A stretch of 58,357 nt of DNA, filler included, from Sphacelaria rigidula (taxonomy: Eukaryota): NCBI GenBank assembly GCA_964200075.2. It is 9 parts of 9 records of this genome, joined end to end, with 100 filler letters (N's around TTAATTAATTAA, not from the genome) between each part and the next. Parts side by side here need not be neighbours in the genome. Positions count along the whole stretch, not along the records: positions 6,497 to 12,892 come from CAXNAA020020335.1; positions 12,993 to 19,388 come from CAXNAA020020336.1; positions 19,489 to 25,884 come from CAXNAA020020337.1; 6 more parts are not named here. One strand, given 5' to 3'. Shown here in pieces: positions 10,951 through 23,601 of the stretch. Position numbers and translations under genes: made by a program. The notes beneath the pieces are model-generated. The model was not told the DNA's origin and searched no databases. It worked only from the letters and a program-made list of their open reading frames with translations. Within the stretch, counting starts at the first letter, position 1, and each line of letters begins with the position of its first letter.

Positions 10951-12892
10951 ATGATATCAAACCACCACGACTCAACGAAACTAGTGGCTCTTACATGTGA
11001 GTCAAGCCGGGCGACTCGAGGCGCATGCTGCGTAGGCATGCTGGCTTGCAGTGCAGTCGACAGAGCAACTGTCTGGATCACATGCATGTATAGGCAACTT
11101 TCGTGCAGCACACCGCCTGTTGTAGAGCGGCTCTTGTTTGGTGGCCCGAGGTCGGCCGTTGCGGCGCGCTTGCTTCAGGGCTGGTCAAGATTTTGGGGCA
11201 TCCACCGAGGATATTCTGCCAATGTACATGCTCATGAACCTTTGGACTCTGGATGGGCAAGGCATGTTGATAAGGTTTCTGCAGCCATGTACTGAAGGTC
11301 GGAAAGAAATCGTGCTCGCATGTTGCCCGCGTTACCGGGCAAACTTCAAACTTAGGAGTCGGCGCACCGCCCAGGCGTGAGGCTCCAGCTACTTGTTCGA
11401 AGCGACGATAGAGAGGGTCCAGCTGAGTGACGGGGAAACAGAGAAGAGGAGTCCGCATTGCCGCAAATGGTGATTCGCCGTCAGGAGAGTGTGCAACGCG
11501 ATTGCGTGGCGCCGGGCTTTTTCATGTGAGGCATCTACTGTACAGTAGTGACTACGAGCCGCACATATGCACAGCGTTTCATTTAGTTCCACTGGTACAA
11601 GATGTTCCCTTTTCCCGCGGTGGCAGTCCAGTCCATCACTGCGGTGGGACAGCTTTTTGTTGTGTTGTCCATCTAGGTCGCACATCTGTAGTCTGTACAA
11701 CAACTGCACTTTCGGTTATACACGGCACATAAAAAAAAATCCGGTATCGTGTATGAGCCCCTCTCGGGCCTCGAGACAATCCATGATCGCCGTTCCACCT
11801 GCTGACGGCGCTGCCCGGCGACATGACAGTGTTCTGCGCTCGCCCGGTTCGTCTCTCCTCTTTCCTGTGAAGTAGTGTAGTTCGGTCCAGTACTGTGAGA
11901 CGACCTGCTTCGTCGCACTTCTCCACCACTGCCTGCACTACTGTTGGCACCGCACTGCTCGGTTTTTGTGTTCGTTGTACAGACAGTTATCTACCCCCTG
12001 CGAGTACAACCGCAGAGCCGACCGAAGGGTACACGGGTTCGTAACTGGTAAGGACAGTCCCTATCTGGCACAGCACCCTCTTAGCTATTTCTCGCGTCAC
12101 GTATCCAGCAGCCGCGAGCATAGCACAACGGTGTAAAGCTAGGCGTGGCAAGACTGGCGTAGTTCTTGACACTCACTCGAATCATCGCACTTGGAGCTGA
12201 ATCCGCCAGAATCAGGTACCTGGTACCGATTCGTAAAATAGAACTGGATCAAGGTGGCCATTCTTGCAAATACCTCAGCACACGGCACCGATGAAACCTT
12301 GGTTACCCAAGTGGCTCAACCCTGTTGCGATGACGCAGTCCATATAGGTGCGTGCATGTCAATGAACACACTTTTGTGTAGGATTCTTGTGCTGCGCTGC
12401 ACGTACAGTGAAGATCCCAAACATGTCACTTTCGCGAAAAGGGTCAACGCTCTCATCAATCAGGTCGTGTCTCATGATTTTTTTGGCAAACTGACTTTGT
12501 ACCGGGACAGAATCTGCTCAATCAAATTGGTGGGCAAAGCCCGCATCTCAAGCCAAACCTCCTACACACAGATCAGGGTAACTCAAAGTGAGTTGAAAGA
12601 AGCGCGACTATGGCCGAGTGTTCAAGCTCGGCACGGGCCCAAAATTGAAGACCTCTCCACAATCAGACGGAGGACTAAAACATGGGACATGTCCTGTTTC
12701 ACTACTGTACCGCAGCAAAAATACTCCAGCCCTCTCTCACGTGTCGGAGCTTTCACTGTCTGTCTTGTTGTGGTGTGTTCACGCATTGCGAACACGATGT
12801 GGATTGCATGGGCTGCGATACAGGCTGGGCCAGCCTACAAGCGGATTTGTACTTTGCAGGCGAGTTCGCAATTTTTTTCTTGGAGTTGGAAA

Positions 12893-12992
12893 NNNNNNNN
12901 NNNNNNNNNNNNNNNNNNNNNNNNNNNNNNNNNNNNTTAATTAATTAANNNNNNNNNNNNNNNNNNNNNNNNNNNNNNNNNNNNNNNNNNNN
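12893..12992. other. Artificial contig linker
   Basis: N44-TTAATTAATTAA-N44. Confidence 0.97.
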
Positions 12993-13327
12993 CAGAAGGC
13001 ATATAGTGGCAGAATGTGAGCTATACAAGGAGGAACGGGGCGTGTTGGGGAGGGAAATGCGAGACGTGAACAAAGGTGGCACGAAATCGTTTGATGCATT
13101 AGACAGTAGAGAGAAAACGACGACTATACAAGGGGATATATGATAGCCACAGACGGCGAAACAGGACTGGGATAAAATATGTGGAAGGTTTTTGTGTAAT
13201 GTATGGAAGAAACGCAATGAGCACCGAAATGTTTGAGATGTCTCTATTAGGAGAAGGCACGGGCTCCATCTCGCAAGGGATGCGTGGTCAATGGTCGAAC
13301 GACTCAGGCAAGCAACAAATGAGTACG

Positions 13328-13361
<34 letters not shown>
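12993..13361 (+). mobile_element. Non-LTR retrotransposon 3' remnant (ORF2 C-terminus with CCHC-type motif) ending in poly(C)
   Basis: Translates as RRHIVAECELYKEERGVL...DSREKT...PQTAKQ...FLCNVWKKRNE, where H-x4-C fits the end of an ORF2 zinc knuckle. Ends ...CAAATGAGTACG followed by about 34 C. Homologous to 25643-25833 on the minus strand. Confidence 0.7.
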
Positions 13362-13362
<1 letters not shown>

Positions 13363-13761
13363 CCCCGCGCCGCCCGCCGGGGCGCCGCTCCGGCGCGGGA
13401 GCGGGGGCCAGTGCAGNNNNNNNNNNTAGGGGAGGGCAGGGGCGCCATGTCGCGAGGGAGGGGGGGTGAATGGGCGAACGACTCAGGCAAGCAACAAATG
13501 AGTACGCCCCCCCCCCCCCTCCCTCTATCCGTCATCTCTCCACGCCCCGTGGTTCGCGTGCTTCTTCGTAATGCGGCACGTTTGTTCACAGGGAGTTCGT
13601 GACTGTGGTGGATGATCAACTGTGGGTCGTGCAACTCGTCTCCGAGTTAGCTCTTCTGTCGCTCTACCCCCTCATACGGTGAGTTCCAACCCGAGTCGAG
13701 TGTGGGTGCGATACACTGAGCGGTACGCGCCGGTGCTCTCGTCTTCTCCCGCCCTTGGGCA

Positions 13762-14489
13762 CTAGACTTCCTTTCGAAAGGATATCCCGGGCTGGCCTTC
13801 AATGCCGGAAACCCCAATGCCAGGAGAAACATTAGCACCTCCACTCTGTTTTTTTTCAAAACCGCGCCGAATAGTAACATTCGGCACATCGCGTGTATTC
13901 CGTAGTATCCAACCCCCGATTCATCACGTCAGTCTACTGATCCAAGCGGCTGTCCTTCACGTATTTTTCAGTCTCCCATCAAGGGTCCATTTAAGGGGAG
14001 TTCGACGCTCAACGGTTCCGAGGTGGCCTTGTAGATAGGTAGACGTTTACCCTTCCATGTGAAGTATCATTCGTGTTGTGATTTGCTTACATGCAGAGTG
14101 CGCTACATTCGCGCCGTGCCATGGGAAGCACATTTGTCTCCACACCCAGTTTTTCCGCTGAGGGCATCCGTGTACAGCCGATTGTTATTCGGTCTCAACG
14201 CTCCACATGACGGAGTTCGCGCGAGTCGCCTTCATTTCAGAGCAAAGGCCTCGTGCTTTGTGGGAAAATAAAAGTGTGCTTAGTAAGTGGACAATGCAAC
14301 TCGGCGATTTACCATATTCGTTGTTGTTGCTGCCCTGCTGCCGTTGCTGCTGCTGCTGCTGCTGCTGCTTCTGCGGCTGTTACCACCTTTTGCCCTTGCT
14401 CTGTTATCGGTTGTACATTCGCCTCGTCGCGCAGGAACGTCGATGATATTTTCGCGATTTCGCCGGAACTGCGTGTGCTGTCCGTATGG
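13762..14489 (-). CDS. Possible last two exons (14489-14313, 13845-13762) of a low-complexity protein
   Basis: CAG/GTAAAT and CAG/TAG boundaries, both phase 0. Gives PYGQHTQFRRNRENIIDVP...SSSSSSSSNGSRAATTTNM|SGGANVSPGIGVSGIEGQPGISFRKEV*. No recognisable domain. Confidence 0.35.
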
Positions 14490-17400
14490 CTGGTGGCCAC
14501 CACAAGTGAGCACGAAAAACATATCACGCAAGCGACACATCTACTAGCCTTAGCAGTGCTCCTCCCCTTTAGACTGCAGTTCATGAGATACGGCGACGAG
14601 CCCCTTCGAGTATGCTGAACGATGGTAGTAATGAACGCAGTTTTTGTTGCTGTGAGCGGTCCAAAATGAGACTCATTTTGGTGCTCACTGTCTGATTTAC
14701 TCCGTTCCAGTGCACCTTCGTTCGTGTTGCGTCTTCTTATAGTCGGCGTACATTTGCTCCATCTGGTCGTTCTTCTTCCCTCTAGCCTCGTGTTCTCGCC
14801 ATCCCACTCTCTGCCTGCGTGGTCAATGGTCAAACGACTAAGGCAAGCAACACATGAGAACGCTCTCTGCCTTCGGCGTTGCTCTACACACGCGCGTACA
14901 CTTTCTTCGTTTTGTATGATGTCGAGTAGATTCACAGTTTATCCGGTTGGGGTCTTTTCGTGTGTCCAGTTGCGTTGTGTGGGAAGCGGTCGGCACATAC
15001 CAATGAGCATATCACCGCGCTCCGAGGGTCGTACTGCTGCCTCGATCGCCGGTTACGGCGGAAAGTGGAGGGTTTGAACCTGGCGTATCCATTTGTTTCT
15101 AGCAGAATCTGGCTCCCGTCGTTGGGGAAACGAGGGCGCGAGTAGGAAGGAAGGTTTGGCAAAAGTCGGTGCGGCGCGGGAGTCCTGATCTTGTCCGCGA
15201 TACCAGAAAGCCAGCGGTTTACTCGGCCGGTGGAAGATATGAAATTATTCCTTGAGCGTACGGGAGTGATGCTACGGTAGAGGTGCACAAATATTTTCTG
15301 AGGTTGGAACTGTTAGGAGCCCTTGATCTCCTGCAAAACACCACTTGTGACAATATGTGAGAGTACGCCACGACTGAATTTGCAGACGGGATGCCCTGAC
15401 CCATACTCTTGTGCATCTAGAATCATTAGGAGCCCCTGAACTAGACAAGATTTTTCGCGAGAACGGGTCGAACACGTGACGGGAAATATACATTTTTATA
15501 GATATCGTATTATTGGATCGTTCACCATACATATCATGCCAATTTTTTAAATTCCAGGGACAATGTTTGGAACTTCAGTGATGCATCAGTATTGCGATGT
15601 GTACCAACGTCGCGGCAGGTTTGATTTTGCGCCCGCAATCCATCTATCTCACGTGGTCTCCCCCCGCGCCCCTTGTTTGCTGTTTCGTGCATTTACTATG
15701 TCCTCCCCCCACCCCGCTTTGTGTGGATGGCAGTTGGGGTCAAAGTGGCCGAGGAGACCTGCCCTCAACCCGTGATTCGCGCTTTGAGCGATCAGAACCT
15801 GGTGTACGTTGCCGCCGTGGTGTCGTTCTGCTTCACGTGAGAATATCCTCAATAGAGTTGCCCGGAGGGGATAGGAGAGGAGGAGGGGTTAGGTGATGAG
15901 AAACTAGGACACAGTACTCGTACTTTGAGTCTTTGCATCTTTGCTGCTGCACACCACTGACTGTGCTCACTACAAGTAGCGGAACATTGCTTCTGCGCGA
16001 AGGATCGCCGGTGGCGGACCTTTCTCGGGACGGGGGGGAGGGGATACGCTGTCAAAATGGGGGGTACGATTGATGAGACGTTTTTACGGCCGATGTTACC
16101 AGCCGCGTTTCCGATGAGACGATGGTTTCCGCTATGTCTGCTTCATCGCCGCGCTTTTTCCCGTTTACTCCTTTTATTTACCCCAAGCCCCGAGCAGCGC
16201 GCCACATGCGTGCCTAAGCTGCTGACACGTTGAGATATGTGCGCTTCCATCGAACATGACAGGGCTGCTCTTACGTTGCATTTGACACTCATATGCTGCA
16301 TTGCTTCATCCCTACCTTTTGCGGATACTGCTTTCGATTGTTTTTGCTATCGATACGCATCCACAGGGACGGTCGTTTTGCTGAGTACAAAAAGACAGCC
16401 ACGTACGTAAGAGCCCTCTTCGCTCAGTGTTGACCATTCGATCGGAATACGCAATTTACTATTAAACTGGCTGGCAAGAGCGTGTCCGCCTCGGAGAAAT
16501 AAACAAAATCGCAGTATCGTCGCAGAATTGTCGGCAACTTGTCAGCAGTTTTTATGATCGATGTTCACCAATCAGAGTTGACTTGGTGTCTGTTCGATCG
16601 TGTCGTGCCGTTGTGGTTTGTTCTTCCGGTGGTGTCGAAACAGAGTGGTGGAGCCGTTGAGACGTCTCGCCTTCTCTTCCCACAGATCTTCTCAAGAAAT
16701 GGTGGCCAAGGTGCTGGCTGGACGGACGACAATGGCGTCTGGGTGAGCGCTACGTTTTGCAGTCCCCATGCCGTGTTGATACATGATCATTTTATTGACA
16801 GCAATGACACAGACGTCGAAGGCACCCACCCCTTTCGCACCCTACAGGTACGAGGGGTATGGCAGATGTAAGCGGGGCAAGATCTTACGCGGTCGCCGAA
16901 TCAGATAAAACTGGCGGATACCGCTTGGCTGAAACCGTAAAATGGGGCGATGGGCCGTGACCCTTTGGCGTAGAAGTAGGTTGTCAGTTTGCGACGAGTG
17001 TATGTATGTTACTGGCACCTTGTGCAAGTGCCCGTCTGTTGAACTCCGCACGAGTGACGGTACTGCATGGGATCCTTCGAAGGTCGCACTCCCGGCATGT
17101 GTGCAGGATTTCTCTGACGTACGTATGTGTTACTACTGCTGGTTTAGTATCCATGTGATTGGTGTGAAATTTCATCGTTACGGGAAAGTGTTCACTTGGT
17201 GACGGATTGTTCAAGGTAATATCAACATGGACTGCCGTTTGATTCGATGGCTGGCTATCTGCGCTGTAGAAGATGCACAGTGACGGTGTAAATGCTCCCG
17301 TATTAAGCACAAAGGCACTCTCCTGCATACTCGTTTATGCCGTTGATGTGTGAAATAGGGACGGCTTGACCACCTCGGTCTGCGGCACTCATGACATTAT

Positions 17401-17790
17401 GTCAACACGGTGTTGAGCATGTAAAATGCTCGTGGAGGTTAGACCGTAGCCTTCGTTTTAAATCGCAATTTTGTTACGGGATGGGTGTGTGCAGACGGGA
17501 TACAGGCGCACGTTGATCAGGTGGGCTACCGCTGTTTCGACACCGCGTCTCGAAAAAACATCCCACCAAGCTGACCCTTGACACGACAGCCTAGATGAGG
17601 GAGCGCAACCTTCGCTTGTGCGCTCAAGGGTACTGCTTCCAGCGTCAACGCAGCTTTTGTCTCTCGTACATACAGTTTCCTCTCTGGACGTCTTATCGCG
17701 ATAGAGTATCAAGTAGCTCCGCGTGCGTATCCCATGGTTGAGCACCTCGGTTTTCATTGCTTATGCCCTCAGGAGCATTGTACATATATA

Positions 17791-17911
17791 TACATGGACC
17801 GTTACAAAGCATGGCTCAAATCCTACTAGGTACAAGTTCTACAGTACAAATGTTTACATGGACCGTTACAAAGCACGGCTCAAATCCTACTCGGTACAAG
17901 TTCTACAGTAC
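17791..17911. repeat. Tandem duplication, 64-bp unit x2
   Basis: TACATGGACCGTTACAAAGCA.GGCTCAAATCCTACT.GGTACAAGTTCTACAGTACA at 17791 and 17855. Confidence 0.9.
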
Positions 17912-18389
17912 AGCACATTCGAGTATAGTACCGTATTGCAGGAGTAGTTGACTGTAGCGAAAGACAGCACAACCGTCAGCTGGTCCATCCGACAATACAA
18001 CACGGCGAATTGGCGACAAATTTGTGCGGGGGGTTCTGGAGACGTCACGCAAGAACACCTCCTTCTCCGCAGTCAAATATTTCGTTCGAGCAACGTTTCG
18101 AAAATCATCGTGTGTGGCAAACGTGTTCTGCGGGCCGAGCACCGTACATGAATAGGCGAGCGGAAAAAACTTGCGGGAACATGATTCATCCGGAGTCTTG
18201 CCGACAGTTGATATCACTAGTGGCAGGGTTACTCGAAGATGTGCGACATTCATGATTAGTGCTCATTAACGTACAAGTGAGGCTGTTATCTGAGAGGTTG
18301 AACCGCTTCTCGGGGGGCGGATGGCAGAGAAGCGGGACTGCACCTTCTCCTTGAATAACCTGAAGCGACTGGCGTAGTAAAACAGAGCA

Positions 18390-18620
18390 TAGGCATGAAA
18401 TTGACTTGATGGTCGACGAGGAAAAGGGACTGCTGAAGCCCTCTCGCGATAAAAAAAGAAAGGCAAGCACCGTAGAAGGAAGGTAGAGAACCAAGGCAAA
18501 AAAAAAAGAAGCTTCTGTGTCGGTCTTTCTCATGTGTGACCCCGGCTGGTGCGCCCACATAAACCGAAAGGTGTAGACCGGCGTCCAGAATAGATGGGAT
18601 GAGAACACACACAACACACA
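18390..18620 (+). repeat. SINE family 1 copy
   Basis: Reverse complement of about 46700-46935 and 39255-39505; ends in a CA-rich tail. Confidence 0.8.
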
Positions 18621-19320
18621 GTCATAGGACAGGAGGAACCTAGAGCAGCTGAGGGAGGACAAAATATATCTGACGAAGATGCGTTCGTACGTGTACTGTT
18701 GTACCTTCCTGTCGTGTGGTATAATGATCATGAGTAACTTTGTATCCTCGTAAATATGCGTGTGGATAACGCCTTAACATGGATTTCGATCCAGCGCCTT
18801 GAAATCAAAGTCGGCACCCGAGCAGTCTCTTCACACGAAAACGCCGCCCCCACCCCGTGGTTATGGCCTCTTCGTCTTCAGTCTTGAATTCAAGGAAATG
18901 TATACCCTCGAAAATGCAGAAGTATTCGGTTCATGCTTATATGCCATCGACTTGAAGAAATGCGGCTTCCCCCCATATGCATATATATCATGCCATCCTC
19001 CGAGGGCAGTCTTGTAGATGTAGTCGCGTAACCCTTTTGGAGGTTCTTTACTTCTCAAGAATATTGTGACTCGATGCTGTCCAAGGTATACAGGCTCAAA
19101 ATGTTCAACGGTCCCACAGACGGGAGCTCGCCCGACTGTTATCTTGGAGCGGGCTCGCAGAGGGTGCACAGTGACGGCTGAGCGCACTTGTGCCGTGCAG
19201 CAAAAGAAACAAGTGAATTATTCTCAGAGGTGCTCACGTGGCCAAGACAACATGAAACCCTTAGTTTCTTCTTACGACAGGGAGCTGGAAATGGTTAGGC
19301 AGGGAGAGAGTGTCAGCTAT

Positions 19321-19388
19321 GGGAGGGTGTACTCATGAGCATGCATGCCATAGTCACAAGACCATTGACCTCGCATCCCGACAAAGCC
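19321..19388 (-). repeat. 3' terminus of poly(C)-associated retroelement (subfamily B)
   Basis: Minus strand GGATGCGAGGTCAATGGTCTTGTGACTATGGCATGCATGCTCATGAGTACACCCTCCC. Confidence 0.7.
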
Positions 19389-19488
19389 NNNNNNNNNNNN
19401 NNNNNNNNNNNNNNNNNNNNNNNNNNNNNNNNTTAATTAATTAANNNNNNNNNNNNNNNNNNNNNNNNNNNNNNNNNNNNNNNNNNNN
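19389..19488. other. Artificial contig linker
   Basis: N44-TTAATTAATTAA-N44. Confidence 0.97.
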
Positions 19489-20376
19489 TGGTGTGCGTAA
19501 CTGTAAGAAGAAAAGAGGTTAGATGGTGGGGGGGGGGGGGGGGGGGGGGAGGCGGGGGTGATCCCTTTCCAAATTTGGAAATGATAAGAGAACAACGCGA
19601 TGGAAAAACAAAAAGAAAGAGTCAAGCACGTAACCACTGAAATTGATAAAAAATATATAGATATTCGCCTGGACACGTGTAAAAATGAGGAAAAAAAAAA
19701 CATTTTTTGCCCCGTGCTGTTTTTATCGATATTATAAGGGGAAATTGCCCCAATAATAATCGTGCAGCTCTCTTGTAGAGGCATTCATAATACTGCCCAC
19801 CCCTTCGAGCAACGACAACATGTGTCAGACGCACGCGCGCTCGCGAGAGTCTTGGCACAAAAAAGTCAGCAACGAATGGCAGGTTTCCGTGTGTAATTTG
19901 ACACGATCGCGACCGCTAATGGTCCAGTACTGGACGGATTTCCTCAAAGATGTTGTGTGTATACAACAGTAAATATGTCGTGTTCGCTTGTCGAGCCTCT
20001 TCACACCAGCGCGTACAGAGATGTTGGACTGTCCACCCATATGCCCGAACCACCCTGCATCTTTGAATCTGTACTATTACTATGCGAATGTATCTGACAT
20101 GGATCTGGAGGGAGACGAGTTATTTCGGCGAGACTCTCAACATGTGATCGTTGCGGGTGCAGATCTGTTTTTTTGCCAGCTATAATATTATAGGATTCTG
20201 GAAACCAAGCGATTTCTTTTTCCGACCCGAAAAACGCACATCCTTGAAAATATCCATCAAATACTACAGTGAAGAGAGAGCCGGCGACCACAACTCCACC
20301 TGAAGAAATTCAACACGCAATCTCGCCGCCCACTATTCTTGTACGAATCCAAGACGAATCTCGTTGTGGATCTCAC

Positions 20377-20691
20377 CTCTCCCGCTGCCGAATACACCAT
20401 CGTTATCTGGAAGTTATAAACTGGTGCATATTCCGTAACGAGCGCGTAGATAAGCAGTTCCACGGCCACGAAGAGAGCAACCAGCACCCTCAGGATTGGC
20501 CTGTGCCGCCTTGCCTTGCGCATCTTGGGCGCCTTCACCGCCACCATGGGTGTCGGTGTGGACGCATGGGTCGTCGCCGCGGTAGTCGTCGTCAGGTCTC
20601 CCCTTCCTGGGTTGCCGAGACTTTGCCACCAACTTTGGCGCTGTGGCGGCCGCCGCCGTTGTGCCAAGTAAGTCTCAACTCCTCGCAACAT
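20377..20691 (-). CDS. Probable first coding exon of a type II membrane protein of unknown family
   Basis: ATG at 20691, 105 codons to a GAG|GTGAGA donor. A basic stretch KMRKARRHRP precedes hydrophobic ILRVLVALFVAVELLIYALV (signal-anchor pattern); codons are GC-rich. Confidence 0.55.
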
Positions 20692-23601
20692 GTACAGAAG
20701 GAGTGTGATAGCAACGACACAAGCAGCACGAAAGGGCAGGCTGTCTGCTGGGCGGGGGGGGGGGGCGGGAGGACTTGTCTTCTCCTCTGCCCTGCGGTCC
20801 GCAGCCTGCTATCGTCCTGATCTGCAGTCTGCAGCAGGTTTCCGTTTCTACCCCTCCCCACCCCCCCCACCCCTCGCGCACTCTCTTGTCTCTCCTCCTC
20901 CCCACGGGAATGGTTGAATGGTTTCGTCAGCACAAGTACCGCACAGCAGTATCCGTACTCTGCGCAGTTGTGCCTGCCAGCTCGCCCCCCCGTCTTTCCG
21001 CAATGAGGGGTGCAGCTCGTTGCGTTGTTCAGTCCCACGCAGCTTAGGAACAAGCTATATAGCCCGCGCGGCCGGACTGTATAACGCCGCCCGCCGACGC
21101 GTTCGCGCCTATCGTGTGTGCACGGTGTATCAACAACAGTCAGTTTGAGGTCAGTGCAGACACACAGTACAGACAGTGGATATACTTGAGGTGCGTTCCA
21201 TTCACGACACAGTTGGTTGTTCTGCTGACCACACCCCTTTATTTTTCACACATTAAACCCAGCCGCTCGAGCGCGTCGTGACGGCGTTGTTCGTTCACAT
21301 GCGACGACGAGAAGCGAGAGCAGCAAGAAAATCGCGCATGATTGCCTGATATCCGGTGTCGCTTGTATGGTTGCTGCGTACCATGGCCCACGCAGAACCG
21401 TAAACCGTCTCGAAGCCAACCCGTGTGGATTTTCGTTTCATGAGCTATGTGGTTTGCTACTGAACCACGATAACCGTTACTACTGCTCTACGGAGTATAC
21501 TACACAGACAGTATGGAACTGACTGCCTCCTGTGTGTATATCCTAGGGAAATTAACAAAAAATATGTGCGCATGATAGTGCCGCAACTCCATCTGCGCTC
21601 CGAGTAAAAGCTGACACGCCAAGGATAGATCTTGGCCTTGCTGGTAGCCTCGGGCTCGATGTGAGAGGCCAAAACATAGAACACCGCAATGCAAAAGAAG
21701 TCCGCCCGCAAAATACAGTACGACGCCAGCGACGTTGCTTCATCCAGCGAAAAAGACAAAATATCATTTTGACAACGGTTTGATGAAAGGGTCGGGTCCC
21801 CACTGGTCCGCTGAGTCTGTCGTCGAAAGAAAGACACGGCACGCGAGAGCGCTCGCACCGATACGCACATATCTCCGACACCGACACGCCCAGACGCAAC
21901 GGCGTACCCACCACTCGAGCAACGCGTGCGACACGCGCGACGGAGCAGCGATCATCTACACGTGTCGCGCCTGTGTTTCTTGATCTTTGTAGCTGTAAAA
22001 CTATTCCATTTCGGGAGCTACCCCATCTGTCTATCGCCATGGGGAGTGACTTCGCATCTTTGACAAGAACCCTGGATCCGCCGGTATGAGGGGGAACGTA
22101 CTGTTATCTGTATGTACAAGGATGCATAATGTTTCACCTAGAGGGTGACGAAGACGACATGGACATAGGCGGCGGTAAACTACAGTGCAATGCAGGGCAA
22201 CACAGTAGAACCGTGCAATACGGCAGCGCATGTTCTGCCCTTGATCTTCCTCGCTTCGAGAACGGCAACACATCACAAGGAGTTCAATAACGTACAGATG
22301 GATGATACATTTTTCGAGTGCTGGCTGGGGACTGCAGTTTGACGCAAACAAGTCGGGAACACTTAGAGGCACATACAGTTGAACCAGCTGCACCGTTACT
22401 GTTGTGCAACCACGTCATATTTCCCACATAACTGGCTAGATTGCGACAACAAACCACGAGCAATGATCCATGATGACTCCCACCTTTGCGTAGACTTCAG
22501 CCTATCAATTTCTGCAACGCCCACCGCCAGCGAGCCACCCACTACCAGCCAGCCAGAGACGTTGTGATGCTAGTCGCTGGATACCCCAACGTCTTTTCGT
22601 CTTTTATCAAATTTCGATTTGAGGAACTTTACTGACAAAATCTAAGGGGGGTCTTGCCACGCACTACCTTTTGTTATTATTATCATATGATCCTCCCGCT
22701 TTTTCACCAACGGATCAGAGACGAGGAGAATGTACATGTGTGAAACCCAAAATCATATGTACAATGGCGTATCCCTCCGCAACACGTGGGACTAGACAAC
22801 AGTACTCCGTACTGTTGTAGCAGGTAGTAGTTTGTAGAGACGAGAGTAGGTGTGGCGGTTGAAGAGAGTGAGTGATTTTTCCGGGTGGAAAAGGATTTAA
22901 TAATAATTCCACTACCTTGGAGTCAAAAATCTCAGTGATCCCTCATCGTGGGCATTGGAAAACTGGAAGCGGAGGCTTTGTAGAGAGGTGGAGCTGAGAG
23001 AGCGGCGGTCTTGCCGACTGGGAGGGGGGGGGTATTGGCAGCAGCATGTATGGATTTGCGTTTTTGTGGAAGCTGTTCAAGTCAGGCTTGTTGGCGACCA
23101 ATGCGGTCGCGGTGCTCCACAGGCAACGGTTCTTGCGAAGATGTGAGTGAACTACGTGGTGTTAGGGAAGAGTACAGTACAGACAGTTTAGTTGGACTGG
23201 TTGCGGCAACATGTAGACCGTGAGCGGTAGCTGTACTGCGTACAGCATCGTACAGTACAGTGCAATCATTTGCAATCCCCGTACGGAGCGTCTTGAACTC
23301 ATCCTCTTATGCTCGGAGGCCCCCAACGTTGAAGGCGGGCTTGCTCAAAAGTTTTCGTTGTATACTTTCCGAAAATACGTGAAAAACCCAAGTGGGCAAC
23401 CACTGGGCGCCGGGCCTCATTTCGGTACAATATTTCGGCTGACAGTCCCGCTGGCTGTACGCAACCAACCATTTACGTACAGTACTACTGTAATAAAGAT
23501 CTGTACAACGTGCAGTAGACATTGCGCTACTGTACTGTCTGTACTGTCTGCATACAGTAAGATAAAAAAATAAAATGATTTGTAGTACAGGCAGTGTGAT
23601 A

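Noticed and set aside
13362..13520. Second tandem copy of the retroelement end after a short N gap
   Set aside because: It looks like the same locus duplicated across the gap with G/C-biased base errors next to a long homopolymer. Not counted as an independent copy.
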